A DNA stretch of 64,000 bases from Lytechinus pictus (taxonomy: Eukaryota), in assembly GCF_037042905.1 (NCBI RefSeq), contig NC_087245.1, positions 26,104,001 to 26,168,000 on the forward strand, given 5' to 3'. A program made the translations under genes and the position numbers. Shown here in pieces: positions 53,101-61,605 of this stretch. Position 1 is the first letter of the stretch, and every line of letters begins with the position of its first letter. Under the pieces are notes generated by a model that was given only the letters and a program-made list of their open reading frames with translations, was not told the origin of the DNA and made no database searches.

Positions 53101-56100
53101 TAGTTGATTTCATTCTTTTCATTCATGAACAGATGCCATCAACTGTGGAATGGTGATCAATGCAGTGATCATATCTGCGATTCATTTTTTATTTCATTCT
53201 TTTCATTTATGAACAGATGCCATCAACTGTGACGTGGTGATCACATACATGTATATATGATTTATATTTGATATTAGTATTGATTTCATGAACAGATGTC
53301 ATCAACCATGGAAGGATTATCAATGCAATGATCATATCTGTGATTCATATTTAATTTCATTCTTATCATTCATGAACAGATGTCATCAACCATGGAGTGG
53401 TGATCAATGCAATGATCACATCTGTGACTCATATTGCCGTAATGGAGGAACATGTTCAATAGATGATAATGGTAACCCGCAGTGCTTATGTCCTAAAGAA
53501 TTCACTGGTACCCAGTGCGATGGTGACGACTGTCATGAATTCTGTTCTCCGGGCAGCAAGTGTCAACAAATAGGTCAGAGACAACTCTTTTCCTTCTCTT
53601 CATGTATTTGATCATGCTATTTCTGTATATGAAAATCAGAATTATTTATTTCTAAAGCACTTAAATGTGAATTGCAATTTGAGAGATCTAAGCCATTTGG
53701 CAGTTGTTTCTGCTCATTAACAAACATTGAATGCAACGCCACTTTGGAATTAAGCAAGCACAATCTGATATAGCACCATATGTTATATGTGTGAGAATAT
53801 TTTTGTGATGTATTGAACGAATGACACAATGTTGTTGCTTCAATATTTAGTATTCATTAATTTGATTGTTTGTCAGAAATACATAATTTTATAACAATTT
53901 GGAAGGATATTTCTAACAGGCATGTAATGCACTCTGTAATAATTGTGTATTATCTTTTATAGTTTAGTAATCAAAAGAAGCAAGTCATTATTATAAGTTG
54001 CGTACATTCTGCACCCTAGCCTAGTTAACCCCCTGGTTTGATTCCTTACCAATTCTTTGTTAATTTACCAGGTACGACTATTCAGTGTATTTGTTCTTCG
54101 GCTCGTTATACTGGTCAGCGATGTGAAGAGGATAGATGTCATGATTGCAGTAAACTCAATCAATCATGCGCTGTCTTGACCGATAGTGTTGAATGCAGGT
54201 ATAGTATATATTTCGGTTTATTTGCAATTTGTCTAATGCCAATTCGTCCAATTGCCAACTCTCTACAATAGTTTGGTCTACCATCAGTTTGTCCACTCAC
54301 CACATGGTCTACTTCCATTTAGTCTAATGCTATTCCGTTTGATAACCAGTTGGTCCAATAACCATTTAGTCCATATACCATTTGGTCTAATTGGACTAAG
54401 TGTTAAATTGTGCAAAATGACTGAAAATGAAATGGATATTAGACCAAACGGTTATGAGACGAAATGGTCAAAGACAAAATGGTGATTAGACGAAGTGATG
54501 ATTGGACCAAATGGTTAATGGACGAAATGGTCGTTAGACGAAATGTTGAAGGATGAAATGGCATGAGACTAAATGAAAGTAGACCATGTGGTGAGTGGAC
54601 GAGTTGGCTATTTACTCTTATTTCCTTATTCAAATATTAGGTAAAGTAAATTAAAATAAATTAAAAGTGGTTTGACAAATGAGAATATGTGGTCAAAATG
54701 ATAATGAAGAAACAGATCTGCAGTTTAAGATATGACAAACATGCACAGCACTGAAAATTCATCAAAATACATGTACATGTTAGATGTAAAATAAGAAATT
54801 TATGGCACTTAAAAATTTTAAAAATTTATGACACAATTTATGACACTAAATTTTTCACAAAACAATCATTTAATATGTACATCTTGGCTTGTATGGAAAA
54901 TGAGGGAACAAATAATGTCACACACTCATTATTTTCTTTGCATTTGACATAAGATATTTCAATATTGTATGGGTTTTTGTGATAAAGAAGCTTTCCCCTA
55001 ATTCACTAAATAACTGAATACTGATTACCCAACTTGTTCCATGAAGAATCAAGCTACCAAGTTTTACATTATTGGAGGAAACTGGTGATATTTGATATTT
55101 CCATTAATAAAATAAAAAAGATATTAATGTAGTGAGTGAGTTAAATATTTGCCACCCTAATTCGCATACTGCGAATGATGTGTCTATCACTTTTTTGTGA
55201 AAATAAGTAAAAATTGAAAATATCTTTACTTTATTTTCGTTTATATCTGACTTTGATGAATATGAAGTACCGGTAATGTGTTGGTTTGATTTTTTTTGTA
55301 TTCATTTATTCAAATAACTCTTTGTTTCGGAAGGGGGGGATTTACTTGACCTTTAACTCTATGCTCAGCTTTTGTAATGATGTGAGCTGTTTTTTATTAG
55401 AGATGTTATATTTGTTGTTAACAGAGATCATGGTGATGGGCATCCAAGCACAAACTCACAGTCATCACAAGGTAAGGCTTTTGTTTTGAGAAGAGGATAA
55501 ATGACAGGTGAAGTGCTGCCAATGGCAGATCCAGCGGAGTTGAATACAATAAAATAATCAGGGGTCTGTGATGTTTTTACACAATAGTCGGCCCATCAAA
55601 CTGTTGTGACTAATCTGGTTTTATCTGCCCCATAGCAAACTTACATGTATGTGTTGCTGATTGTAATTACGATGATGATGATGATGATGATGATGATAAT
55701 GATGAAGAATAAGGATGATGATGATGATGAAGATGAAGATGATTGTGGTGATGATAACTGAGATGATGATTGCGATGATGGTGATGATGAAGAACATGAT
55801 GATGATGAAAAACATGATGATTGCAATGATAATGATGGTGATTGTGATGTAATGATCTCCATGATCATGATGGTGATGAATTTGATAAATGTCAATGTTG
55901 GTAATAATTTCTTTCTATTACCTTACCTCATCAAACAATATGTAACTTGTAAGTGCAAGTACTAGGTGCTATTTTCATGTAACAGGTTATGGCATACCAA
56001 CTTTTACAGATACTGCTGTACAATGAAGGAATTGATACCATATTCACTTTACTTGTGAGAGTAATGATATTCATTTTTATTTTTCTCTTTATAGTGGCAG

Positions 56101-57321
56101 TGGCAGCTGTAGTGCCCATCCTCATCATCTTATTCATTCTTGTGGTTCTTGTTTTAATATACTTAAAACGAAGACAAAGGTAAGTCTTTTATATGTATTT
56201 GAACATGAATGGAAATCTATTTCACATTTATTCAGTCTTATAATTATAATAAATTACAAGATTCTTTAAATAGAGGAAGGAGAGGTTAAATAATGAAGAT
56301 TATCATTCATTTGATCTGAGTTCAACAACAGGAAAATTATGTATCAACTGTCCAAACTTACTGTTACTAAATTGCACAATATTTTGACACGTAGAATTTT
56401 AGTAATTATAAGTTTAGATTATTGATTCATAATTTTCCATTTGTTTTATAGGGTTTTATAGATTTAAATCAATTTGTCATGTTATTTATGTCTATATGAT
56501 ATAGCTTCTTCCATTGACTAATGAAGAATTAGAAAGTTAATGGCATCAGTAATCCAAAGACTTAGTTTGTGATATTTGTTTATTGTTTAATTTGTGTTAT
56601 AAGTACTTCATGAACAATGGGATTCCTTGTAATGTTCTATACTTTAAGGTCAACGAGCGGTTTTGCTCATCGTCGAATAGAAAGCGAGGAGGATATGGAG
56701 TTTGGAAACCCAACATTCAAATACTCGCGTCAGTTGAATGAAGAAGATGAAGGGGAAGCAATGGATGCCCCATTCACATTACGTGATCACAAGGTAATAC
56801 CATCATACTAGATCTATCTCTTCTCAATGCAATATATCTTACTGGCTTTCAGGATCACCTGCTAACCCTAATATGTATTTGTATATGTTGTGCATGAAGA
56901 TTGCTTACATTTCTCCTGTTTGTAAATATGTATATGGTACAAAAATATTATTTATACTTATACATGATATAAGCTGTTGTTACAATCTATTCCAGGAGTA
57001 GTGGGAGAGTGAATGTGCATTAAATGTATTGCCTTTTTTTATCTTATTCTTCTTTCTCGGGGGGGTGGGGGGGGGACTAAGAAATTGTCAAAACATCGCA
57101 CATTACTTCACCTGAAGAAAGTCAATGAATATATCTTGCATTGATACATTTGGATCTTCATTTCATTTTGTTTGCAGGCAAGAACCAACCTTACAAACCC
57201 GATGTACAGCTCGTATCTCAACCAAAGAGGCTCTGAACTCAGCTTAGAAAACAAAAAGTTTGTTGACCTACCAGAGCGAGATACAGAGAGACTTCTTCAG
57301 GATGATGGAGACGATGACTGA
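1..57321 (+). CDS. LRP1: LRP1-like receptor, 3' half of a multi-exon gene (44 exons in window; 5' part lies upstream)
   Basis: Exons join in frame via GT-AG sites. Order: propeller-EGF-10 LDLa-EGF-propeller-EGF-11 LDLa-2 EGF-propeller with RKKR-EGF run-TM-tail. The 10+11 clusters, furin site, juxtamembrane EGF run and tail ([21 protein letters not shown]) match recalled LRP1 architecture rather than LRP2. Confidence 0.93.
84..243. mobile_element. MITE, GGGAGCGTTTCAT-terminus family (degenerate)
   Basis: Inverted ends GAGCGTTTCAT...ATGAAACGCTC; related copies at 2767, ~10185, ~40574, ~58710. Confidence 0.7.
792..925. mobile_element. MITE, GGGxCCCGTAACACAAAG family
   Basis: Inverted ends; similar copies at ~2462..2763 and ~14570..14702. 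Confidence 0.7.
959..1229. mobile_element. ~270 bp MITE with CAG target duplication (PIF/Harbinger-like)
   Basis: Long imperfect TIRs with CAG on both flanks; copies at 5075..5342 and ~17370..17644. Confidence 0.8.
1284..1409 (+). CDS. LRP1: LRP1 exon, EGF domain
   Basis: [50 protein letters not shown]. Confidence 0.92.
1755..2034 (+). mobile_element. tRNA-derived SINE
   Basis: A box TGGCCCAGTGG, B box GTTCAAATCC, body shared with the 6976 and 62372 copies, TTA-type tail. Confidence 0.8.
2035..2244. repeat. Compound trinucleotide microsatellite (TTA/TAG/ATC)
   Basis: Directly visible; runs from the SINE tail up to the exon acceptor. Confidence 0.95.
2248..2373 (+). CDS. LRP1: LRP1 exon, LDLa repeat 1 of cluster III
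   Basis: [50 protein letters not shown]. Confidence 0.92.
2767..2923. mobile_element. MITE with CAG target duplication
   Basis: GGGAGCGTTTCAT...ATGAAACGCTCCC flanked by CAG/CAG; abuts the preceding MITE. Confidence 0.8.
3526..3642 (+). CDS. LRP1: LRP1 exon, LDLa III-2
   Basis: [47 protein letters not shown]. Confidence 0.93.
4694..4810 (+). CDS. LRP1: LRP1 exon, LDLa III-3
   Basis: [47 protein letters not shown]. Confidence 0.93.
5075..5342. mobile_element. MITE, same family as 959..1229
   Basis: High similarity along its length; CAG flanks. Confidence 0.8.
5721..6455. mobile_element. Non-autonomous Tc1/mariner-superfamily (pogo-like) element
   Basis: Perfect TIR CAGTCCGACCTCTCTTATCCGG, TA duplication, subterminal CCGGATAA repeats. 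Confidence 0.85.
6701..6865 (+). CDS. LRP1: LRP1 exon, LDLa III-4 (long C1-C2 loop)
   Basis: [63 protein letters not shown]. An extended loop at this position is recalled for LRP1. Confidence 0.92.
6976..7270 (+). mobile_element. tRNA-derived SINE
   Basis: A/B boxes, conserved body, ATT tail. Confidence 0.85.
7549..7680 (+). CDS. LRP1: LRP1 exon, LDLa III-5
   Basis: [52 protein letters not shown]. Confidence 0.93.
8058..9003. mobile_element. Non-autonomous DNA transposon, hAT-like termini
   Basis: CAGGGATGCCACT...AGTGGCATCACTG; CpG-richer interior; target duplication not clean. Confidence 0.65.
9276..9401 (+). CDS. LRP1: LRP1 exon, LDLa III-6
   Basis: [50 protein letters not shown]. Confidence 0.93.
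9894..10013 (+). CDS. LRP1: LRP1 exon, LDLa III-7
   Basis: [48 protein letters not shown]. Confidence 0.93.
10825..10947 (+). CDS. LRP1: LRP1 exon, LDLa III-8
   Basis: [49 protein letters not shown]. Confidence 0.92.
11213..11358. mobile_element. GC-rich MITE with 5-bp GTCAA target duplication
   Basis: CAGGGGCCGCGGAA...TTCCGCAGCCCCTG; GTCAA on both sides; related fragment near 21860..21965. Confidence 0.8.
13293..13412 (+). CDS. LRP1: LRP1 exon, LDLa III-9
   Basis: AAG acceptor (an in-frame CAG lies 9 nt downstream)/[45 protein letters not shown]. Confidence 0.88.
13469..14057. mobile_element. Non-autonomous TTAA element with long TIRs (Kolobok-like)
   Basis: TTAA|AGGGATGGTCCGGGCTGAAA...TTTCAGACCGGATCATCCCT|TTAA with long mirrored arms. 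Confidence 0.8.
14077..14477. mobile_element. MITE with ~45 bp imperfect TIRs
   Basis: GGTGGCTTCACAATATCGTGCGCCATCTATCGGTTGCAGCG mirrored at 14432..14477. Confidence 0.7.
15069..15831. mobile_element. Non-autonomous piggyBac-like element
   Basis: TTAA|CCCTAA...TTAGGG|TTAA; subterminal palindromes G(n)TTGATTCAAC(n) at both ends. Confidence 0.85.
16458..16675. mobile_element. MITE
   Basis: GGGTGTTGCAAGAAA...TTTCTTGCAATGCCCC. Confidence 0.65.
16755..16886 (+). CDS. LRP1: LRP1 exon, LDLa III-10
   Basis: [52 protein letters not shown]. Confidence 0.88.
17370..17644. mobile_element. MITE, same family as 959..1229
   Basis: Shared TIRs and interior. Confidence 0.75.
17772..17894 (+). CDS. LRP1: LRP1 exon, EGF domain
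   Basis: [49 protein letters not shown]. Confidence 0.92.
18463..18668 (+). CDS. LRP1: LRP1 exon, YWTD propeller start
   Basis: [23 protein letters not shown]...[19 protein letters not shown]...HGTTE. Confidence 0.93.
19252..19396. mobile_element. MITE
   Basis: GGCCCTGTTGCATAAAAGTTAC...AACTTTAATGCATCGGGCC, near-palindromic. Confidence 0.7.
21248..25357 (-). mobile_element. 4.1 kb inserted element with TGTG...CACA ends in a TA run; superfamily unassigned
   Basis: Absent from the opposite palindrome arm; TATATA on both flanks; CpG-rich right end; decayed exon-like segments on the minus strand. Confidence 0.72.
25795..26015 (-). mobile_element. tRNA-derived SINE in the left palindrome arm
   Basis: Reverse complement of 26552..26770; A/B boxes. 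Confidence 0.8.
26552..26770 (+). mobile_element. tRNA-derived SINE in the right palindrome arm
   Basis: GGGGCGCCGTGGTCTAGTGG...GGTTCAAATTCC plus SINE body. Confidence 0.8.
27550..28330 (+). mobile_element. Heavily decayed LINE ORF2-like (reverse transcriptase) remnant; mirrored at ~20150..20920 minus
   Basis: Broken peptides [16 protein letters not shown] and LRQGVQQG appear in the order expected for non-LTR RT motifs; many stops and frameshifts. Confidence 0.4.
31448..31635 (+). CDS. LRP1: LRP1 exon, YWTD propeller
   Basis: [37 protein letters not shown]...[13 protein letters not shown]. Confidence 0.94.
32192..32241 (+). CDS. LRP1: LRP1 50-nt exon, YWTD propeller
   Basis: [25 protein letters not shown]; phases fit both neighbours. 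Confidence 0.9.
32763..32910 (+). CDS. LRP1: LRP1 exon, YWTD propeller
   Basis: [58 protein letters not shown]. Confidence 0.93.
33309..33505 (+). CDS. LRP1: LRP1 exon, YWTD propeller end
   Basis: [35 protein letters not shown]...[16 protein letters not shown]. Confidence 0.94.
34184..34426 (+). CDS. LRP1: LRP1 exon, EGF plus LDLa IV-1
   Basis: [25 protein letters not shown]...[43 protein letters not shown]. Confidence 0.95.
35182..35313 (+). CDS. LRP1: LRP1 exon, LDLa IV-2
   Basis: [52 protein letters not shown]. Confidence 0.93.
35975..36094 (+). CDS. LRP1: LRP1 exon, LDLa IV-3
   Basis: [48 protein letters not shown]. Confidence 0.93.
36396..37374 (+). mobile_element. Non-autonomous Helentron-like (HINE/DINE-type) element with internal tandem repeats
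   Basis: Sub-terminal IRs GTCTCACCTGCAT/ATGCAGGTGAGAC, 5' hairpin, (GGC)n tract, about five 160-190 bp units containing AAGGTCAAAGGTCA, T-rich flanks. Confidence 0.75.
37834..37956 (+). CDS. LRP1: LRP1 exon, LDLa IV-4
   Basis: [49 protein letters not shown]. Confidence 0.93.
38146..38321. mobile_element. MITE with perfect ~29 bp TIRs
   Basis: CAGGTGGGTGTTTCATAAAGCTGTTCGTAA mirrored at the 3' end. Confidence 0.85.
38762..38887 (+). CDS. LRP1: LRP1 exon, LDLa IV-5
   Basis: [50 protein letters not shown]. Confidence 0.93.
39899..40015 (+). CDS. LRP1: LRP1 exon, LDLa IV-6
   Basis: [47 protein letters not shown]. Confidence 0.93.
40391..40510 (+). CDS. LRP1: LRP1 exon, LDLa IV-7
   Basis: [48 protein letters not shown]. 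Confidence 0.93.
41100..41430 (-). mobile_element. CR1/L2-type LINE 3' fragment
   Basis: [37 protein letters not shown] fits the typical C-terminal WN-LP...FK motif of CR1/L2 ORF2. Confidence 0.75.
41697..41807 (+). CDS. LRP1: LRP1 exon, LDLa IV-8
   Basis: [45 protein letters not shown], last Cys codon split by the intron. Confidence 0.92.
41886..42319. mobile_element. Non-autonomous DNA element with repeated subterminal motif
   Basis: CCCCCATGTCTGCGCA at the left end; three TGCGCAGAC(A/T)TGGGG copies at the right end. Confidence 0.7.
42581..42706 (+). CDS. LRP1: LRP1 exon, LDLa IV-9
   Basis: [50 protein letters not shown]. Confidence 0.94.
43146..43259 (+). CDS. LRP1: LRP1 exon, LDLa IV-10
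   Basis: [46 protein letters not shown], last Cys codon split. Confidence 0.92.
43971..44105 (+). CDS. LRP1: LRP1 exon, LDLa IV-11
   Basis: [53 protein letters not shown]. Confidence 0.91.
44830..44949 (+). CDS. LRP1: LRP1 exon, EGF domain
   Basis: [48 protein letters not shown]. Confidence 0.92.
44995..45235 (+). mobile_element. Truncated copy of the Helentron-like element at 36396
   Basis: Closely similar to ~36430..36700. Confidence 0.8.
45761..45892 (+). CDS. LRP1: LRP1 exon, calcium-binding EGF
   Basis: [53 protein letters not shown]. Confidence 0.93.
46452..46810. mobile_element. PIF/Harbinger-like MITE, TTA duplication
   Basis: TTA|GCCCTAGCTCGCG...CGCGACCTGGGC|TTA. Confidence 0.7.
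46972..47231 (+). CDS. LRP1: LRP1 exon, last propeller start with furin site RKKR (47190..47201)
   Basis: [23 protein letters not shown]...[19 protein letters not shown]. The R-X-K-R motif sits at the alpha/beta chain cleavage position of LRP1. Confidence 0.9.
47629..47807 (+). CDS. LRP1: LRP1 exon, YWTD propeller
   Basis: [34 protein letters not shown]...[12 protein letters not shown]. Confidence 0.93.
48544..48767 (+). CDS. LRP1: LRP1 exon, YWTD propeller
   Basis: [29 protein letters not shown]...ERLYWADSK...VVTFPH. Confidence 0.93.
49027..49235 (+). mobile_element. tRNA-derived SINE, second family
   Basis: A box TAGCTCAGTCGG, B box GGTTCGATTCC, followed by a non-tRNA body. Confidence 0.75.
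49616..49807 (+). CDS. LRP1: LRP1 exon, propeller end
   Basis: [27 protein letters not shown]...[11 protein letters not shown]. Confidence 0.91.
51065..51196 (+). CDS. LRP1: LRP1 exon, atypical four-cysteine EGF
   Basis: [52 protein letters not shown]. Confidence 0.88.
51762..51837 (+). CDS. LRP1: LRP1 exon, EGF (first part)
   Basis: [34 protein letters not shown]. Confidence 0.9.
52146..52358 (+). CDS. LRP1: LRP1 exon, tandem EGFs
   Basis: [34 protein letters not shown]...[13 protein letters not shown]. Confidence 0.93.
52758..53434 (+). repeat. Minisatellite of 72-84 bp units made of splice acceptor plus exon start
   Basis: AACAG|AT copies with AG ending at 52820, 52901, 52976, 53048, 53132, 53216, 53295, 53379. 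Confidence 0.92.
53380..53573 (+). CDS. LRP1: LRP1 exon, tandem EGFs (acceptor is the last copy of a tandem array)
   Basis: [34 protein letters not shown]...[10 protein letters not shown]. Confidence 0.88.
54072..54198 (+). CDS. LRP1: LRP1 exon, EGF end plus truncated EGF
   Basis: [51 protein letters not shown]. Confidence 0.9.
54250..54610. mobile_element. Foldback-like element with short internal repeats
   Basis: CCACTCACCACATGGTCTACTT mirrored at ~54577..54598; TTGGTCTA-type subrepeats; related fragments near 50190 and 50890. Confidence 0.65.
55425..55471 (+). CDS. LRP1: LRP1 47-nt exon, juxtamembrane linker
   Basis: [24 protein letters not shown]; supplies the required phase 2 to phase 1 bridge to the TM exon. 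Confidence 0.78.
55670..55880. repeat. Degenerate (GAT)n microsatellite
   Basis: Directly visible. Confidence 0.95.
56095..56179 (+). CDS. LRP1: LRP1 exon, transmembrane helix and stop-transfer
   Basis: [37 protein letters not shown]. Confidence 0.92.
56649..56793 (+). CDS. LRP1: LRP1 exon, cytoplasmic tail with proximal NPTF
   Basis: [57 protein letters not shown]. Confidence 0.91.
57178..57321 (+). CDS. LRP1: LRP1 terminal coding exon with NPMY and dileucine motif
   Basis: CAG acceptor; [47 protein letters not shown] then TGA. Confidence 0.92.
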   Translation, partial: ARTNLTNPMYSSYLNQRGSELSLENKKFVDLPERDTERLLQDDGDDD

Positions 57322-60300
57322 AGCCCGATAGGGGGCGTCGTTTAACTCAGCTGAAATACAAACAACTCTCCCGCTCTCCGCAATGCCACCAAGACTTTCA
57401 GTTCAATGCGAATTGAGCTATTTTTTTAATTTTTGCATTGCATTCTGACGAATGGGATCTTCATTGCTATGTTTTTCATTGATGTGTTATCCCAAGGGGA
57501 GTGTTTCACAAAGGGAAAAGCCGATTTAAAGTTATGCTTAAGAAACAATGTGCATATGGTATTTATTGCATGATTTCATTGTTTATTACTTGGTAGAGCG
57601 TGTCCCGTGATCATGATCTCAACGATGCGGTGATAGAGTCTCTATGACACAGAAATGTAAGTGTGATTTTTAGTCACACTTGAACCTATGTGAAACACCT
57701 CCGGGCTTCAGAGATGGTATTATTGTTAATCCAAAGTCAATATTACAGTATTTGCATGTAAAACTCTACTTAAATTTTGTACTATATATATGAAATCAAC
57801 AGCAACGTATTCATTAAATGTACACCAAAGAAGTGTGCATTTGATTTTCTGCTAAAGCATTTAAAAAAATGATTTTTATTCATAAGTTATTATGCCAATA
57901 TCATATTATATTATAGTGTAAGATGTATCAATATAAGCTTTAAGGATTACTAATAAAAACTAAAAAGAATGATATGTATCAAATAGTGGATGATTCATAA
58001 GAATAATTTTTAATTTTCATTCAAATGCAGACCTCTAGACACAGTAAGAAATCTCTTTTTTATTATGGAAATGTGGCTGTGGTAACAGCTTTATGTTTAT
58101 ATTTTTTAAAAATATACGGGTAGACTTATATTTTTACATTACTTTTATTTAAAAAAGAAAGATGGGAAATTTATGCTTATACACTGGTTTTCGAGTCTTT
58201 TTTATGAATTTGAATATGTAGGTCTAAGGTTTGATTGTTTCCATGCCTGTTTCTGAAAACATTTTGCAATTTTAAAATTCAAAATTATTCTTATTTTCTT
58301 GGAGAATGAAGCCATACTTCTACGCCCTTTATCACAAGCAGAAAAATCTAAATACGCATTTCAATGAAAGTTTAAAGAAAAAACAAAGTAATATCCAGGT
58401 ATAAATATTTATTTGTTGCCACAGCGGGTGCTATTGATCGTTCGAAATCAAGTCATGGTCTGTAATGTATTCTGTGGAGATTGCTGGAGCCCTACGCAAG
58501 GACATGTTTGCTTTAACGGTTCAAATACACTTTTGTGAAATAGCACTAATTTATACTTTCAGTTTCAGTTGTCGAACCCTACATTGACAAATAAAAATCC
58601 ATTATTTCTGTATAATATATGAAAATTTTTTTTTCCAATTCCAGAGATCCATTTATTTAAACACAAAATTCTGATTGTTAATAATGCACTGAAACCTGGA
58701 ATAAAATTTTGGGGAGTGTTTCATTAAAAAGGAATTGTCGGATGTTTCATCCCGCAAGTCCCATTTTATCTGACATTTACCAAGCTAACACGGCTTCGTA
58801 GCCAATCAAAATCAAGGAAAATTGACAGATCTGACAACTTGTTGGACAAAAATGTTGATGAAATGCTGCCCTGAGCTGACTCCAGTTTTTAAAGCATCAA
58901 AACTTATATTTTAGTTCCGCCTATTTTTCTTCCAACTTTTGACTTATTGATTCTAATATTTTCTGCTTCGGATAGCGGGTATAGACGTCTGTGGTTTCAT
59001 TCTCTTTTTAACATCATGGATCGTGCTAAAAAATGGAAGAGATTCAATAATGTTTTTGAATTAGTCATTTTAATTTTTTTAATTTGAGGCACGTCAAGGT
59101 AGTCTAAGTCAAATTATGCTCCCAAAGAGGACAAAATCTTGCCTGGAACTTTTTTCCTGTTTTTATAAAAAAAATCATGCTTACTTGAAATTCAGCATTA
59201 TTAATCACTAAAAGTACTCAAATTGTCCTTAATCATCAAGTCACAGTACTTTATTTTACTATAAAAATATATTGACTTGCAGTTGAAATATACCTTTTAA
59301 AAAAGTTGCATTTACCTTCACAATGCTTCATTGTACTAATAATATTTTGATCAGTAGCTCTATGTACCTTATTCAGCATCTTGAACTTTTCATTTAATTG
59401 AGCTTATTATATTGTATTCAACTTACCTACATCTTTTACTCTTCTAAAGAATTCAATATTAATCACCTTGTCTGTACTCAGTACAAAAATATAAGTCATT
59501 ATTGTTATAGTGACAGAACAGCTACTCATGCTTCACTTTTATTAGTATTCACTGGAGTACTCTTTCATTTTTATAAGTAATATACTTTAAAAGTACTCCA
59601 CACTTTAGCTATCTGTCTGGCATGGCTAATCTTTTCTTCTTTCAATTGCATTCTTCTATTCTGAATGCTATGCTGACAGCAAATGTATATATTTTATGGT
59701 GCTTTATTCGTCCTCTATTTATGTATTATATACACTTTTTGTAATCCGCACTTCCATATCATCACAGATCACCAGCATTCTAGTCACAACCAAATTATCA
59801 AACTTTCTTTTTAAATAAAAGGTATAAAATTGTGGCTTCTGTGCAAGAAGCACAGTATTTTTAAAGTTTGCTTCAAACCAAGTAATTGCATTTGTTCAGG
59901 AAATTGTGTATCTTGACTTTTCATGAAAAAAGTCCCTATGATTTCCAAAGGATCAGTTAAATCATATGATGGTCCTTGCCATTAATTTTCAGAAATGTTC
60001 AGATGACAAAGCATCAGGCAACGTGAGTAAATTGAACCCAAATATTTCTAGATTGAAGGGATATATTTCCCAAATCTTGGTCGCTTCCTTTTGGAAATTG
60101 GGGAATATTTTTTTCATGAAAGATTGGGTTACATACATGTGATTCTAATGCGATTATGTGATGTTCTTGAGTAAGCTGCATTTAAGCATACTTTCATAAT
60201 GAGAGATATACCCTTATGCCGTGCAGTGTGTTGAGGAATTTTACAATGCATGGAAATGTAAAACTAAGGGAGATTCTCTCATTACTCTGTCTTAAAGAAG

Positions 60301-61021
60301 AGAAAGATGCGAGGATGTGTAAATATCACTGATTTTACTATTATGTATTTATTAACATTATTTCTGCTGAAGGAAATTTTATTAGAGTTTTAACCATTTT
60401 TTCTGGATCATGACTTGCTTTCATCTATAGCGTCAACGAAGCTTGGGGTCAGAGTATTTTGCTAATCTTTGCATATACCTTCATTTTCTGGCAAGACTAT
60501 CTCTAGACTTGGAGAGGTCTTGTGAGAGGAAGAAATGATGCTTCCTTATATTTACTACAGCAACGTAGAAAAAAATGCCTGATTTTGTACTTTATTGTTC
60601 ATATTTATACAGAGGTTATATTTTCTGCATTTTTATTGTGTTTCTCCTGATGATAAGCTTTTTTATGTGCATAAACTTCTAAAATGGAGGAATGGAAACT
60701 GTGTTTTGGAACAACGAAAGTATTGTTGATGAGAAGATATTAACAAGTATGTCATGAACATGTTACATGTAAATGTATGTAAGAAAAGTATGTATCTATC
60801 ACCCTCAGTATATTATTTCCTGTACATGTATGTATATTGTATCTAACTGAAATGCAAGCATTCAATTGAAATGTGTATTTCAGAATTTTGAAATTAATAT
60901 GCAAAATTATGAAGTTTGATAATTACTGTACTACTCATCATGGTACTGTATGGAGATGCTTGGTTTGAATGTTTTGGAATGGAACTAAAGAATCTGCTTT
61001 TAGAGGGGGAGTGGTAGTTAA

Positions 61022-61605
61022 AGGAGAATGAAACCCTTGAAACCAGCTGAATCCATATCAAAGAGAAAAATCAAAGAAACATATTGTTGAAAGTTTGAGG
61101 AAGATTGAATGAATAATAAGAAAGTTATGAGCATTTGAATATTGAGATCACTAATGCCATGTAGATCCTCCCATTGGCAATGCGACCAAGATCTGTGATG
61201 TCACACACGTACAACTCCCTCATTACTTTAGTACTTATTTCACTTATATTCTCACTTTTATAGAGTCTATCACAAGGTGAGGTGTTCTCTTTATGAGAGG
61301 ACAAGTACAGAGGTTTCACAACATTATATCATTGATGAATCGTTTGTCATATGATTAGAATGAGCAAAAAGAGATGTTTTGGGGTATATTTTCAGTGTCC
61401 AAAAGGGGAGAGTTGTTCATCTGTGACATCATAGATCTTGGTCGCATTGCCAATGGGAGGATCTCCATAGCATTAGTGATCTCAACATTCAAATGCTCAT
61501 AACTCTTCTATTGCTAGTCCTATTTTACTCAAACTTTTGTTGATCTTATTCTTTGATTTTTCTGCTTTCACAAAAGCTAACTTGCTCCAAGAGTTTCATT
61601 CTCCT
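61022..61605. mobile_element. Non-autonomous TTAA element with long TIRs (Kolobok-like)
   Basis: TTAA|AGGAGAATGAAAC...GTTTCATTCTCCT|TTAA with ~180 bp mirrored arms. Confidence 0.82.

Noticed and set aside
52758..53434. CRISPR-like regular repeat array
   Set aside because: Eukaryotic intron; whole units are homologous with no unique spacers and derive from the adjacent exon junction.
55621..55895. His/Ile/Ser-rich minus-strand ORFs
   Set aside because: Translations of the (GAT)n repeat.
1..57321. Assignment as LRP2/megalin, LRP1B or vitellogenin receptor
   Set aside because: Furin site in the last propeller, multiple juxtamembrane EGFs, a short tail and 11 repeats in cluster IV fit LRP1. 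The LRP1/LRP1B split is vertebrate-specific, so this is best read as their co-orthologue.
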